A DNA stretch of 64,000 nucleotides from Centroscyllium fabricii (lineage: Eukaryota), in NCBI GenBank assembly GCA_051313645.2, contig JBNRSN020000004.1:30442001-30506000 (forward strand), in the 5' to 3' direction. Made by a program: the position numbers and the translations under genes. A model generated the notes under the pieces. It was not told where the DNA came from, did no database searches, and saw only the letters and a program-made list of their open reading frames with translations. Positions within the stretch are counted from its first letter, which is position 1. Each line of letters starts with the position of its first letter. Positions 1 through 13,739 of this stretch are shown here, in pieces.

Positions 1-235
1 AGCTCCCCAATGGCTCAGCTGGATAAAGCAGCGAGTAGCTGAATCAGACGGATCAGGAATGCCACAGTCTGTGCTGAGTCAGCTAAGCCAATGGTATGGG
101 AACGACAAATAACCTCAGCAACCCTGGGTCAAGGAGGCAAAGGTTGACCAGGATTCCCACTCCTTCCAGTGTCTCTGCTAGGGGTGTACTTGCATGCAAA
201 CGGGCACTAACTGAGCACAGGATCAGGATTAGCCG
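1..235 (+). mobile_element. Degenerate tRNA-derived SINE, LF-SINE-like
   Basis: tggctcagctgg A-box-like start, then tctgtgctgagtcagct and aacctcagc..ccctggg segments typical of LF-SINE-like elements. Old and diverged. Confidence 0.4.
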
Positions 236-321
236 CAATGCTTTCTGCGGTGGGACAGCCTGCTGGCGGACCTTTCAAAATCTCCCAAGTTGTGGTATTT
301 GGGCTGGAGATGGGAAATTAC

Positions 322-554
322 CTGTTCCAACTGTTTTTGCACCATACTCTGTTGCTCAGTTACATGCTTAAGCTGTTCCGCATCTTCCTCTGGAAACTCT
401 CGTCCAGCCTTTTTGGCAGTACGTTGTTTAGCCGAGAGTGCCTTCTTAGATTTTCGGTGTGCCCCAATCTGCTCTTCAAGAAATTTCTGCTGCATTTGGA
501 GGAGCTGCTGGGTTTCCTGAAGCCATTCCTCATACTGTTTCTTCTGTGCATCAT
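322..554 (-). CDS. KMT2C: KMT2C exon (last in window): NDAQKKQYEEWLQETQQLLQMQQKFLEEQIGAHRKSKKALSAKQRTAKKAGREFPEEDAEQLKHVTEQQSMVQKQLEQ
   Basis: cttcAG acceptor, GTAATT donor, 233 nt. Near-identical to the vertebrate KMT2C coiled coil. Confidence 0.97.
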
Positions 555-631
555 CTGAAGAACAGTATTTTGTAAATACAATTTTCTACCCATTCTATGT
601 CTGTTTGACATTTTAGCAAACCAGGAAGAAA

Positions 632-935
632 AAAAGACATGCATTTATATAGTGCCTTCCATGGTCTCAGGATGCCCCAAAACACTTTACAGTCAGTTAA
701 ATACTTTTGAAGTGTAGTCACTGTTGTAATGTAGGAATTACAGCAGGTCTCCCAAATAACAATGTGATAATAACCAGATCATCTGTTTTTAGGTGTTGGT
801 TGAGGGATAAATATTGGCCAGGGAGAATTCCCCCAATAGCGCCATGGGATCTTTTACATCTACCTGGAAGACTTCACCTCTGACAGTGCAGTTCACTGCT
901 GGAGTGTCAGCCTAGATTTTGTGCAACGGCTGGGG
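632..935 (-). mobile_element. Deu-domain SINE (SacSINE1-like), partial
   Basis: Reverse complement of the copy at 26221-26680 (catttatatagtgcc...gagggataaatattggccagg...gccatgggatcttttac). Confidence 0.7.
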
Positions 936-959
936 GGATACAAACCTCTATGCCTAGTA

Positions 960-1664
960 CAGGTTGGGCACCTGTAATCCGGCACCCTCGGGACCAGGCC
1001 AGTGCCGGACCATTGAAATTGCCGGACCACTGAAGGTTCTGGTAGAACGCGCGGGTAGAACTCTCCCCGGGGATACAACACTTAAATGGTGATTCAAAAC
1101 CATGCTGAAACCAATAAATATAAATTTCAGTGCAGACTACACAACCAGCACAGGGTTTTGTTCAGTGGAGGATTGGAGGGGAGGGCACACCGGCCCTAAT
1201 ATGTCGGGGGTAATTCCTCAACCCCCCACTTTGGGCGGAATTTTGCCAGAGCTCAGAGAATGGGTTTGGAGACGGGACCGCTGTCAAAATCTAAAGATTG
1301 ACAGCGGGCCGGTATCCCGTTCTGAACCGGCCTCCTTGTCAGTTTCCCGAGTGCCAGTTCTGCCTGCGGTTTGCAGACACGGCACTGAGCGGCGGGTCAT
1401 TCAATTGTGCTTGTTTGGGAGGGTGTTTAAACTAATTAAATCCCCATTTTCCCAGCTCCAAAGCATTTTCCCAAGTTTTCCCACGATGTTTCCATCGCTC
1501 AGGGATCACGCCAGCTAAGTATGTCAGGATGTGTCTGCAGATGCAGGGTACTATGCGCCTGTTTGAAAGCGTTGGACGCCGAGCGGCTCCGCAAACTGAA
1601 GAATTCATGCTGGACCACTGAAGGTGCCGGACCATCGGGTGCCGGATTACCAGTGCCCAACCTG
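960..1664. mobile_element. Tigger/pogo-like MITE, copy 1
   Basis: TA|CAGGTTGGGCACCTGTAATCCGGCACCC...GGGTGCCGGATTACCAGTGCCCAACCTG|TA: TIRs with TA TSD. Confidence 0.8.
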
Positions 1665-2736
1665 TATCACTGCTCCCACAGAACCTATGACTTGTGTTTG
1701 TAGACCTGTCTATATGTTTTACATTTCTACACGAGTGTCCATTCCAATGTTGGCCAACACACCTGACGTTATCCCTGCTCTTTGAGCAGTGCCGTGAGAT
1801 CTTTAACATCTAAAACAGGCAGACAGAACTTCTGAAGGATGGTAATTCTGAGAGTACAGCATTTCCTCAATACTGTACAGGAGTGTTAGCCTTGGTTTTG
1901 CATTCACACACACTGGTATGAGGCTTGAATGCACAATTTTCTGACCCAGAGACAAGAGCACTATCAGCTAAGCTTGAATGAGTGAACCGACCTTTAATCT
2001 GCCCTGGCCTGTTTCCTCAATTTGGTTAGCTGCTGCTTACTGACTGGTTTGTCTTAGGCTCTTTGCTCTATAGGAAATTAATAATTGTTGAGACTGTCTA
2101 AACTTCTCTGTGCAAGAGACATAATGGCTTGGGGATCTGTGAGCATCTACATACTGAAAACACTATTCCAGTTCTCCTTCGTATGGCAGGGAATTAAATG
2201 ATGGCGACCCAAATAAAACAGGCAAGTGACATTACGGTAAAAATTGTGGGTGAGTTCTAAAGGCTACCTTGTCAGAATGCGAAATCAAGCACCACTGGTC
2301 TACAATTAAGAGTTTTAAATTCACCATCGAAGCAAGCCAAAACTAACACAAACAGCATAGTTTTCCATGCAAAAACCTTAAACTCATGCATTCAAAAGAG
2401 ATTTAAACAGCACACAAGAACCAGTCACTTACAAAACTTCAAAACAAATTGCATAAAACAGAAGATGCCGATTCCCTAACGATCTAAATGAAACTGGGTC
2501 GTGAAAGACTGAATTGTTGCAGAATCATCCCAAATAGAACCCACACTGGACCCTAAGATGATGGAGCTCAAACCTGTGGTATGAGGTGCAAACACACAAA
2601 CCTTCTGTCCGAGAGGATCCAGGCAGACAAATGCCAAAATCAGAAGCATGGCTGCCAAACAAGTGCACTCACCAGTGGTGCTCATAGGTTAAAGGGATTC
2701 TTCAGAGGGTCAGGATTTGACAGTGAAACCCATGAC

Positions 2737-2896
2737 CAATGTTCCCCCGAATTTTTAATTTGGGTGCGCGGTCCCCTTAACAGGCTGCGCCGCCCATTCA
2801 AAGTTCTGCGCATGCTCAAAATTTCACATTTGAAAAGCTGGTCCCGGGCTGTGCGGGACCAGCAGACAGCTGTGTGGCTGCTTAGTGGGAATGTTG
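2737..2896. mobile_element. Short hAT-like MITE; a truncated relative is at about 9700-9850
   Basis: CAATGTTCCC...GGGAATGTTG termini. The 8-bp flanks cccatgac/tgtatgac match only partly. Confidence 0.5.
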
Positions 2897-2924
2897 TGTA
2901 TGACACAGTTTCAATTGCTTTAAA

Positions 2925-3790
2925 ATGCAAGAACGTGCAAATATATTGCACCTTTCACATCCTCAAGATATCCCAAAGTGCTTCACACCTACTGAGTTAT
3001 TACTGAAGTCATCGTTATGTAGGCAATTACAACTTGTGCACAGCCAAGTCCCACAAACAGCAATGAGTTACGGAATCCATTTAACCTGTTGTGAACATGT
3101 TGCTTCAGGGACAAATGTTGGCTAAGAGACCAGGGGGGAAAAATTCGGTGGTGCCCATTTTTGGGCGCTAACCTCGGCGGTGCGCTGATTTTAGCGCCCG
3201 CCTACCGCTGGCGCCGTTCCTCGTGATATTCGGTTGTAGCGCCCAAAGTAGGTCGTTGGCCAGCAAGAAAAATGGCCGCCCGGCACCCTTCCCTTTAAGT
3301 AGCGCTCCCCTGCTGCAAGTACGCCAACCTGAAGCTGTCGTGGGCAGCGTCAGGCGGTACATCAGCGGACATGACTCAATTGCGCGCCCTGGGTGGGAGT
3401 GGGTCGCTGCGCGCTCCGATGACATCATCCCCGGCGGCGTCGAGCCGCAGGGCACTATCAGCTGCCGCACACGCCAGCGCCCCACTGAATATCGTGGGAG
3501 GCGCCAGGCCAGGCTTGCGCCCCATTGGCAGCCCTCTTAGGGCGCTAACGGCTGGCGCAAGCCACCGAATTTCTCCCCCCAGGTGAACTCCCCTGCTCTT
3601 CTTTGAATAGTGCCACGGGACCCTTTACGTCACTGGAACAGGCAGACTGGGGGGGTGGGGGGATGGTTTAACTTCTCATCCGAAGACACCACTTCCGGCA
3701 GGGTCACCTGGCATTGTGTGCTCAAGACTGGGAGTGGGATTTGAATTCACAACTTTCTGACTCGGGCAAGAATGCTACCACTGAGTCAGA
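2925..3790 (-). mobile_element. Deu-domain SINE split by the Harbinger-like MITE at 3134-3579
   Basis: SINE consensus continues across the MITE (aaatgttggctaagagaccag|gtgaactcccctgctcttc) to the tRNA-like head near 3730-3790. Confidence 0.65.
3134..3579. mobile_element. PIF/Harbinger-like MITE
   Basis: TIR GGGGGAAAAATTCGGTGG / CCACCGAATTTCTCCCCC, 3-bp TSD CAG, GC/CpG-rich interior. Confidence 0.8.
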
Positions 3791-4059
3791 CTTGCACTGA
3801 TGCCTAAACATGAAATAAGGCACCGTAAGGAATTAGGTTTACAGCAGTTTTATTCCTGCTAAAATCAGGCCGTGTAATAGTTTCTCTCGACTAATCCCCT
3901 TTAAACTAATATTTTTTGTTGATTTATTTTGTCATGGAAAACGTTTTGAAGTAAGCTTCAAAGGGGCAAAATTTAGAGAGGCATTTCCTTAAGCAGATAA
4001 AATAACTGGACAAAATAAATAACGGCAATTAAAAACATCGACAAGATACTATTACTTAC

Positions 4060-4123
4060 TCATAAAACCTGGACCAAAAGATGGAGGGTTTGGTCGTGAC
4101 ATTGGAGGTGGCACATTTCCATC
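4060..4123 (-). CDS. KMT2C: KMT2C exon: DGNVPPPMSRPNPPSFGPGFM
   Basis: ttttcAG acceptor, GTAAGT donor, 64 nt. Matches 'SRPNPPNFGPGF'. Confidence 0.93.
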
Positions 4124-5151
4124 CTGAAAACAATCCAATCAAAAGCAATATTTCAGCATTTTTCAGTGAAATAATCTTCCAAATTAGAAAATAGTTTCTG
4201 TTACTACGTGCGAAACAATCAGGTCACTCACTAAAAGACTCGGCAGCAAGGTCATTTTTATTTTTGTAATTTAATTCTTTATTATTTTTCTGTCCTTATT
4301 CTCTTGCCAGGCTCCCTGGACCATAGCTTTCCCCAGAGATGAAGGCAGGCTGGAGACTGGCTCAAATTCTTCTTCCAATAATCTCCTGTTGCTGGGATGT
4401 GACTTGAACAAGTCACTGCAATCGTGACTCACCTGTTCTACCGTGTAAAATGGTTCCCTCCCCTCTCCCCAGTTCATTTCTCTTGCTGGGATACAGTTCA
4501 ACGGGCACCTGCAAGCCTCTAGAATCTTGCCCAAATGGTTACTCCACATGAACTAAGCTTGCATGCAGCAGAAGCAACAGCATGGACCAGTTGGGCTGAA
4601 TGGCCTATTACATTACTGCACATGATAAGTAACTAAGATAGTAAGTATTGGCAAGATTACCCACTGTGGATGGCATTCCAGCTGAACCCAATCTTAGCAT
4701 CGCCCAATGTCTGCACATTTTTCAGCAGGGGTCAGTGGACAGTATATTAGGAACAGGAGCTTGACTGACTTCACCCTTTCCAAGCACGGAGGCCAATGAC
4801 TGCACTTCAGATCAGCTAGGCATAGGCCAATAATAAAATAGTTGAACTGAATTTTACTTGCAAAATGCTGGTCACACTGGAGTGGAACTGGATTATGGTA
4901 ATTTTCTTGACTAGCAAAATAACAGCAGCAGTAACCTGCTGTCTTAGCAGAAGGCTGGCTTGCTTCAGAGTCTAGTAACCTGCACTCAGTGCAAGTGGGA
5001 TTGATGTTAGATTGTCTCTGACTGGAATTGTTTTTATTGGGTTATCAGATTAGCTGTCTGGTTAGGGCACAATAATTTTTGGCAACAGGAAAAGGTCATC
5101 CGGCTCAAAAAAGTATCCCCCCACCACAGATCAACCTCACCTATGCATTTT

Positions 5152-5645
5152 TTTCCCACATTCCTCAATCCTTTCCCCCCACATTCCTCAATCCTTTCCC
5201 TCACATTCCTCAATCGTTTCCCCCACATTCCTCAATCCTTTCTCCCACATTCCTCAATCCTTCCCCCCTACATTCCTCAATCCTTTCCCTCACATTACTC
5301 AATCCTTTCCCCCCACATTCCTCAATCGTTTCCCTCACATTCCTCAATCGTTTCCCCCACATTCCTCAATCCTTTCCCCCCACATTCCTCAATCCTTTCC
5401 CTCACATTCCTCAATCATTTCCCCCACATTCCTCAATCCTTTCCCCCACATTCCTCAATCCTTTCCGCCACATTCCTCAATCCTTTCCCTCACATTCCTC
5501 AATCCTTTCCCTCATTCTTCAATCCTATCCCCCACATTCCTCAATCCTATCCCCACATTCCTCAATCCTTTCCCCCACATTCCTCAATCCTTTCCCCCAC
5601 ATTCCTCAATCCTTTCCCCCACATTCCTCAATCCTTTCCCCCACA
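5152..5645. repeat. About 23-bp minisatellite (CCCCACATTCCTCAATCCTTTCC)n, about 21 copies
   Basis: Tandem periodicity seen directly; explains the spurious ORFs at 5079-5723. Confidence 0.95.
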
Positions 5646-5924
5646 AATAAGTTGAGATTACAGATCAGAAAATGGCAATTCCGTCTGGCTTTAGAACAAA
5701 TAAATATGCAACAGAAGCTATAAAAACTGGATCAAATGCAAGGATGAAACACAGTGCAAGATAGAGAAAACATCAGACCAAACATCATTCTTCAGTAGAA
5801 ATAGGTGAAGCAATGATAGAAAAATGTAAAGTAATAAATATATTTTGCAAATAATAGGGAAAGGAAATGCACTTTAAATGGCAGAATTTTAAATTAAGTA
5901 GAGGAGCAGAGGGACGCCGGTTTA

Positions 5925-8890
5925 ATAGAAACATAGAAGACAGGAGCAGGAGTAGGCCATTCGGCCCCTCGAGCCTGCTCCACCATTCAATGAGATCATG
6001 GCTGATCCTCCAAACTCAGTACCCTGTCCCTGGTTTCTCCCCATATCCCTTTAGCCTTAAGAAATATATCTAACTCCTTCTTGAATATATTTAATGACTT
6101 GGCCTCAACTACATTCTGTGGTAGAGAATTCCACAGGTTCACCACTCTCTGGGCGAAGAAATTCCTCCTCATCTCTGTCCTAAATGGCTTACTCCTTATC
6201 ATTAGACAGTGACCCCTGGTTCTGGACTCCCCCGCCATCAGGAACATCCTTCCTGCATCTAGTCTGTCTAGTCCTGTTAGAATTTTATAAGTTTCAATGA
6301 GATCCCCTCTCATTCTTCTAAACTCCAGTGAGTATAAGCCCAATCGACCCAATCTCTCATCATATGTCATTCCTGCCATCCCAGGTATCAGCCTGGTGAA
6401 TCTTCGCTGCACTCCCTCCATGGCAAGAACATCCTTCCTCAGATAAGGCGACCAAAACTGCATACAATATTCAAGATGTGGTCTCACCAAGGCCCTGTAC
6501 AACTGCAGCAAGACATCCTTGTTCCTGTACTCGAACCCTCTCGCTACGAAGGCCAACATACCATTTGCCTTCTTATCCGCCTGCTGCACCTGCATGCTTA
6601 ACTTCAGTGACTGGTGCACAAGGGCACCCAGGTCTCGTTGCACTTCTCCTTCTCCCAATCTATTGCCGTTCAGATAATAATCTGCCTTCGTGTTTTTGCC
6701 ACCAAAGTGGATAACCTCGCATTTATCCACATTATACATCTGCCATGCATCTGCCCAATCACCCAACCTGTCCAAATCATAACTGGAGTTTCTCAGCATC
6801 CCCCTCACAGCACACATGCCCACCCAGCTTTGTGTCGTCTGCAAACTTGGAGATATTACATCTAATCCCTAGTCTAGATCATTACTATATATTGTGAAAT
6901 AGCTGGGATCCTAGCACAGATCCCTGCGGTACCCCACTAGTCACTGTCTGCCACTTGGAAAAATACCTGTTTATTCCAACTCTTTGCTTCCTGTCTGCCA
7001 GCCAGTTCTCCAGCCAAGTCGGTACCTTGCCACCAATCCCATGTGCCTTAACTTTACATGCTAATCTCTTATGTGGGACCTTATCGAAAGCCTTCTGAAA
7101 GTCCAAATACACCACATCCACTGGTTCTCCCTTATCTATTCTACCAGTTACATCCTCAAAAAATTCAAGTAGATTAGTCAAGCACAATTTACCTTTTGCA
7201 AATCCATGTTGACTTTGTCTGATCCTGTCACTGTCTTCCAAGTGCTCTGCTATTACATCTTTTAGAATGAACTAGCATTTTCCCTACTACTGACATCAGG
7301 CTTACCGGTCTATAATTCCCCGTTTTCTCTCTACCACCTTTTTTGAATAGTAGGGTAACATTAGCTATCCTCCAATCCATGGGAACTGTTCCAGAGTCGA
7401 TAGAATTTTGGAAGATGACCAGCAATGCATCTACTATTTCTAGGACCACTTCCTTAAATACCCTAGGATGTAGATTATCATGCCCTGGGGATTTATCGGC
7501 CTTCAATCCCGTCAATTTCCCTAACACCATTTCCCTACACATACTGATTGCATTCAGTTCCTCCCTCTCATTAGATCCTATGTTCCCCGACATCTCTGGG
7601 AGGTTATTTCTGGCTTCCATTGTGAAGACAGAACCAAAGTATGTATTTAATTGGTCTGCCATTTCTTTGTTCTCCATTATAAATTCCCCTGATTCTGACT
7701 GCAAGGGACCTGCACTTGACTTCACCGATCTTTTTCTCTTCACATATCTATAGAAGCTTTTACGGCCAGTTTTTATGTTCCCTGCTTACTATTTCCCCCT
7801 CTTAATTAATCCCTTTGTCCCCCTTTTCTGAATCCTAAACTGCTCCCAATCCTCAGGTTTGCTGCGTTTTCTGGCCTATATATGTCTTCTGCTTGGATCT
7901 TAAGCTATCCCTTATTTCCCTTGTTGGCCACGGTTGAGTCACCTTTTTTGTTTTATTTTTATGCCAAACAGGGATGGACAAATTCTGTAGTTCATCCATG
8001 CGATCTTAAAATGTTTGCCATTGCCTATCCACTATCAACCCTTTTAGTAACATTCCCCAATCCATCCTACCCAACTCGCGCCTCATACCATCGTAGTTTC
8101 CTTTATTTAAATTCAGGACCCTAGTCTCGGAGTCAAATACTTCACTCTCCGTTTTAATGAAGAATTCAATCATATTATGATCGCTCCGCCCCAAGGGGCC
8201 TCGCACAAGATTGCAAATTATTCCTTTCTCATTACATAATACCCAGTCTAAGCTGGGCGCTCTAGTTGGTTCCTCTACATATTGGTCCAGGAAACCATCC
8301 CGTATATACTCCAGAAATTCCTCCTCCACAGTATTTTTACTGATTTGGTTAGCCAAATCTATATGTAGATTAAAGTCACCCATGATAACTGCTGTGCCCT
8401 TATTGCAGGCAACTCTAATTTCCCATTTAATGCCATCCCCAACCTCAGCATTACTGTTTGGGGGTCTGTAAACAACTCCCACTAACATTTTCTGCCCCTT
8501 GGTATTTCTCAGCTCTACCCATACAGATTCCACATCATCAGAGCCAGTATCCTTCCTTACAATTGTGTTAATCCCCTCTTTAACCAGCGATGCTACCCCA
8601 CCTCCTATTCCTTTTTGCCTGTCTTTCCTGAATATTGAATACCCCTGGATGTTGAGTTCCCAGCCTTGGTCACCCTGGAGCCATGTTTCCGTAATCTCAA
8701 TCATATCATATCCGTTTACCTATATTTGCACAGCTAATTCATCCACCTTATTACGAATGCTCCTCGCATTAAGACACAAAGCCTTCAGGCTTGCTTTTTT
8801 CAACACACTTTGACCTTTTAGAATTAATATTTACAGTGACCATGTTTGATTTAAATCCTTGATTTCTCTGACTGTCATTTTTGCTTTTCT
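5925..8890 (-). mobile_element. CR1 LINE, about 3 kb of ORF2 (APE endonuclease and RT), frameshifted
   Basis: ORFs with ITETWL, GVVYRPP, MGDFN, SDH (APE); YLDFQKAFDKVPH and VPQGSVLG (RT); RPHLEYC C-terminus; ttctatgtttcta tail. Confidence 0.93.
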
Positions 8891-9251
8891 CCTCCCTGTC
8901 TTTCGTTTCAGATATATTTCATTAACAGGGGCAGTGCAAGTAGATCAAGTCATAAAATGGAATCTTTCCTTTTGTATCTAGAGGCACAGAATACAAGGAT
9001 TTAAGGTTGAACTTGTATAAAACCTTAAGTAGGCTGCAGTTGGGTGTACTGTGTACAGTCCTGGACACTCCATTTTAGGTAGCACATAATGGCCAGTTTC
9101 TGTACTCTTAATACTGTGATTCTTTGAAGTGGGTAAAAGGGCAATTGTGGCCAAGAATCAGCAGGTTGGCACTGCTGTTTAGAATATACTTTGTGAATTC
9201 CAATATGTACCAAGTACAGAGATATCAGAGCCTATCTAATTAAATAACTAC

Positions 9252-9333
9252 CGGGCTAACTCCTTGGTGAATGGGATTCTGTCCACTCTCATCACTCTGT
9301 GGACTAGACATTTGCTGGCCCACAAATGGAAAC
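9252..9333 (-). CDS. KMT2C: KMT2C exon: (R)FPFVGQQMSSPQSDESGQNPIHQGVSP
   Basis: ttcttgcAG acceptor, GTAGTT donor, 82 nt. Matches 'RFPFMGQ' of KMT2C; phases fit. Confidence 0.88.
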
Positions 9334-10084
9334 CTGCAAGAAACAGAGAGAAAACACAGTTAGAAATCCAATAAAATCTTGCTGGCTTCTTCAAGCAAAC
9401 TTCAACTTTAAAGCGAAAGGTGACGACACAGCTAACTACCATCATCCCCCATAGTCCTCTTGTGTAAACCGTTTGCCGAGTTTGGCCATTTCAATTTTTT
9501 TTTGAGAAGAACTCTCTAAAGATTCTTTTGCAGCAAGTGGTACAAATAGATGATGCGTGGCACAAGGCACAGAAACTCCCTTCATCTGCTTGACAGTATA
9601 GGGACTTTTGTCTCCATTAAGAAATTAATCAGAGCTAAAGTTTGCTTATTTCCTGCCCAGTCCTCAATTTCCATCAAGTGCTCGAGAATATTCGAAACCA
9701 AATGTTGCCCGTAATTTTTTTCTGGTGCGCGGGCCCTTTAACTGGCTGCGCAGTCCATTCAATTTTCCACGCGTGCGCAGTTATTTCCACTGAAAAGCCA
9801 GCGAACGGCTGCGTAGGACCTCCAGATAGCTATGCGGCCGCAGACCCTCTGAAACAAATAGCTACAGCTAACCTGCCCCTAGGTTCCTGCCAGTAGTTCA
9901 CCATCTGTTTTCCCATCCCCCACTAAGATAAGACACTTCTCGCATGAAGAGTGGTTGGCACCAACACCATCACATGACACCGAATTACCATAAAATCTTT
10001 ATTCGGAGATCGATGCGCTGCAGCCAAAAGATCCCTCTCAATTTCTGGTTCTTTAAGTATACTGGCAGTTTAATAAATCTGAAA

Positions 10085-10800
10085 GCATCGTGAGCTCCTT
10101 GTAGAAGACCTTGGTAAATCCTCACTTGGAATACCGCGTCCAATGTTGGTCTCCTCACATGATGCGTGATATTGAGGCTTTGGGAAGGTTGCAGAGGAGG
10201 GCCACTAGACTAATTCCCAGCATGAAGCATCTCAGTTATCGAGATAGGCTAAAAAAAATAGTTGGGACTCTACACTTTATAGAAATGTAGACTTAGGGAT
10301 GATCTGATTGAGGTTTTTAAGATAATGAAGGGAATAGATTGTGTTCCAGTTGACAGTTTGTTCCAATTATTTAGGTTAGGGAGGACCAGGGGTCACAATT
10401 TTAAGTTGCGTAAGGCCAGATCTAGGTTAGATGTCAGGAGGTGCTTCTTTTCCCAGAGAATAGTGGACCTGTGCAACAGGCTGCCGTCTCATGTGGTGAA
10501 TGCCGATTCGCTGAATTCCTTCAAGCGAGACCTGAACCTATTTCTGGTTGGGGTGGACATCACTTCTTACAAAAAGGTAGGTACTTCAGGTAATTCAGAG
10601 TCAGAGTGATCTCCTGGACTAGTTTCAATCACCTAAATGGCTTGGAGAGGAATTTCCCAGATTTATTTTCCCCAAATTGACTTGGGTTTTTAATCTGGTT
10701 TTCTGTCTCTCCCAGATCACCACATGGTTTCGGGTGGGGTGGCGAGTGTATATATTGTGATACACAAGGTACCTGTCTGTCATTGTTCATATGTTTGTAT
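10085..10800 (+). mobile_element. CR1 LINE 3' fragment, older subfamily
   Basis: TRGHNFKL...FFSQRIVDLCNRLP ORF plus 3' UTR. Confidence 0.8.
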
Positions 10801-12396
10801 GTAGTTCCAATATTCTCTTAATATTCATTTGAAAATCAATCTCATGTGCACAAATTTTGCACAGTACCAGAACAAGAATGTAAATCCATTGATAATTAAA
10901 CGGGCACTTTCTGGGATTCAGAAATAATGCATACTGTCTTAGCTACATAAGTTGTAAACACAATCATACATTATGGTCCCAACCCTCAAAAGTGCCAGAA
11001 AAAATATCTTGAATTATGTAAGATTTTTAACTATGTTTTCCTGTACCAAACACGATAGTAGTCAGAGAAAGAGAGGACCTGCTCCCAGACCGTCAGTTAT
11101 CCTGCCATATAAAGAGCTAAAATGAGTTGTGCAAGAACTACCCTGAGCAATTCCTCCTCCAAATGTTCCATCTCTTACACTGAAAAAACACTTGGGCTCC
11201 GACTCAATGCTTCCTATGGAGAACTTAACATGTAAAGTTTTATATGTTACTATAGTAGCAGCATGATTTCAGAAATCATAATACAGTAATTGCACAACAA
11301 CCGTCCTTTGAGGGCAGAGGGAGAAACTAGCAAAACAATAGTTCAAGTTATATTCTGTACCCATTTGCATTGCCAACAGGTGGCATGACAAGTCATTGTG
11401 TAGACAGTAATAAATATAAAATAGGTACAGGGCAATATCAGTAACCTTGGATTGGAATTATGCTCAGTGATTTTAAGTAGGGTTCGATAATATAGGGTTG
11501 GACGCACCATATAATTATGTTTGTCAAAGCTAGGAAGACAGATCTTCACTCAGCTTGTTGTGTTGGGAAGACATGCAATGCAGGGCGAGGCTCCTGGCCA
11601 ACTTGAAGAGGGGAGGGGGGAAAAAAAGTTAGTGGACTACTCTTGCATACCAGATCACTTGCTCAATTGTTAAACTTTCACTCTTCCAGCAGAATATACA
11701 GATATGATGGGCAGGTTTAAGGAATATTTGCAGGGCTATGGGGAAAGGGCGGGGGAGTGGGACTAGCTGAAGTGCTCTTGCAGAGAGCCGGCACGGACTC
11801 GATAGGCCAAATGGCCTCCTTCTGTGCTGTAACCATTGTATGATTCGATTCTATGAATCTATGAAAAGGGTGCAAAGGTATTGATAGTAGCTGGGTTGAT
11901 TCCATTGCCAAGTGGGAAAGGAAAAAATGCATGACTGTTAGTTAAATGGTGTGTGTAGAAGGGAATCAACCTCAAGAATAATTGGGAAGCTTTTATAGGT
12001 AGGAAAAACGTTTACCTTTGTGTGCTGCTCGCTAAGCACAAAGAAGCATACCAGAGAACCTTTTACAGGTGGATATTGAGTGGACAAGCAAGGAGCAGAA
12101 AAAAAAGTCATATCGGAAGGAAGGGAAGCACATAATTAGATGGGGAATTAGGTTGCTGGCATAAATAAAGACGGAAACAACTGGGGATTTATATAAATTA
12201 GCTTTTGGGGAGGAGGGAATACCTAACTGGTTGACCAGAAGGAGCTGGATTAGAGAGCGATGCTCAGGGTGAAGTGCTCAAGTATAAAATGGATTATTTT
12301 TATACCAATGTAAAAAGTAGGAACTTTATGGAGAATTAAGGGTAAAAGCAGCCACTGGCATCACAGCAGCATGGCTGCAAATCAAAATTGGGCAGA

Positions 12397-13739
12397 GAAA
12401 CATAGAAGACAGGAGCAGGAGTAGGCCATTCGGCCCCTCGAGCCTGCTCCGCCATTCAGTGAGATCATGGCTGATCATCTAAACCCAGTACCCTGTTCCT
12501 GCCTTCTCCCCATATCCCTTGATCCCTTTAGCCTTAAGAAATATATCTAACTCCTTCTTGAATTTATTTAATGAATTGGCCTCTACTACATTCTGTGGTA
12601 GAGAATTCCACAGGTTCTCCACTCTCTGGGTGAGAAATTCTTCCTCATCTCTGTCCTAAATGGCTTACCCCTTATCCTTAGACTGTGACCCCTGGTTCTG
12701 GACTCCCCGACCATCAGGAACATCCTTCCTGCATCTAGTCGGTCCAGTCCTTTTAGAATTTTATAAGTTTCATGACATCCCCTCTCGTTCTTCTAAACTC
12801 CAGCAAGTACAAGCCCAATCGACCCAATTTCTCTTCATACGTCATTCCTGCCATCCCAGGTATCAGCCTGGTGAATCTACGCTGCACTCCCTCCATGGCA
12901 AGAACAAGCTTCCTCTGATAAGGCGAGCAAAACTGCACACAATATTTAAGGTGTGGTCTCACCAAGGCCCTGTACAACTGCAGCAAGACATCCTTGTTCC
13001 TGTACTCGAACCCTCTCGCTATGAAGGCCAACATACCATTTGAATTCTTAGCTGCCTGCTACACCTGCTGCTTACCATCAGCGACTAGTGCACAAGGACA
13101 CCCAGGTCTCGTTGCAGTTCCCCTTCACCCAATCTATTGCCATTCAGATAATTATCTGCCTTCCTGTTTTTGCCACCAAAGTGGATAGCCTCGCATTTAT
13201 CCACGTTATACCACATCTGCAATGCTTCTGCCCAATCACCCAACCTGTCCAAATCATACTGGAGTTTCTCGGCATCCACCTCACAGCACACACGCCCACC
13301 CAGCTTTGTGTCGTCTGCAAACTTGGAGATATTACATCTAGTTCCCTCGTCTAGATCATTAATATATATTGTGAATAGCTGGGGTTCAAGGACTGATCCC
13401 TGCGGTACCCCGCTAGTCAGTGCCTGCCACTCGGAAAAAGACCCCTTTATTCCAACTCTTTGCTTTCTGTCTGCCAACTAGTTCTCTATCCAAGTCATTA
13501 CTTTGCCCCCAATCCCATGTGCCTCAACTTTACACGCTAATCTCTTATGCGGGACCTTATCGAACACCTTTTGAAAGTCCAAATACACCACATCTGCTGG
13601 TTCTCCCTTATCTATTTTACCAGTTACATCCTCAAAAAATTCCAGTACATTAGTCAAGCACGACTTACCCTTTGTAAATCCATGTTGACTTTGTCCGATC
13701 CGTTCACTGTTTTCCAAGTGCTCTGCTATTACATCTTTT
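12397..13739 (-). mobile_element. CR1 LINE (RT and 3' end), host of the Gypsy insertion; continues at 18017-18068
   Basis: KFADDTKLGG and VPQGSVL ORFs. The sequence resumes after the Gypsy element (ataatggactctcgcatttt), colinear with the CR1 at 7250-7310. Confidence 0.92.

Noticed and set aside
5079-5723. 214-aa and 170-aa Pro/Phe/His-rich ORFs
   Set aside because: Translations of the 23-bp minisatellite.
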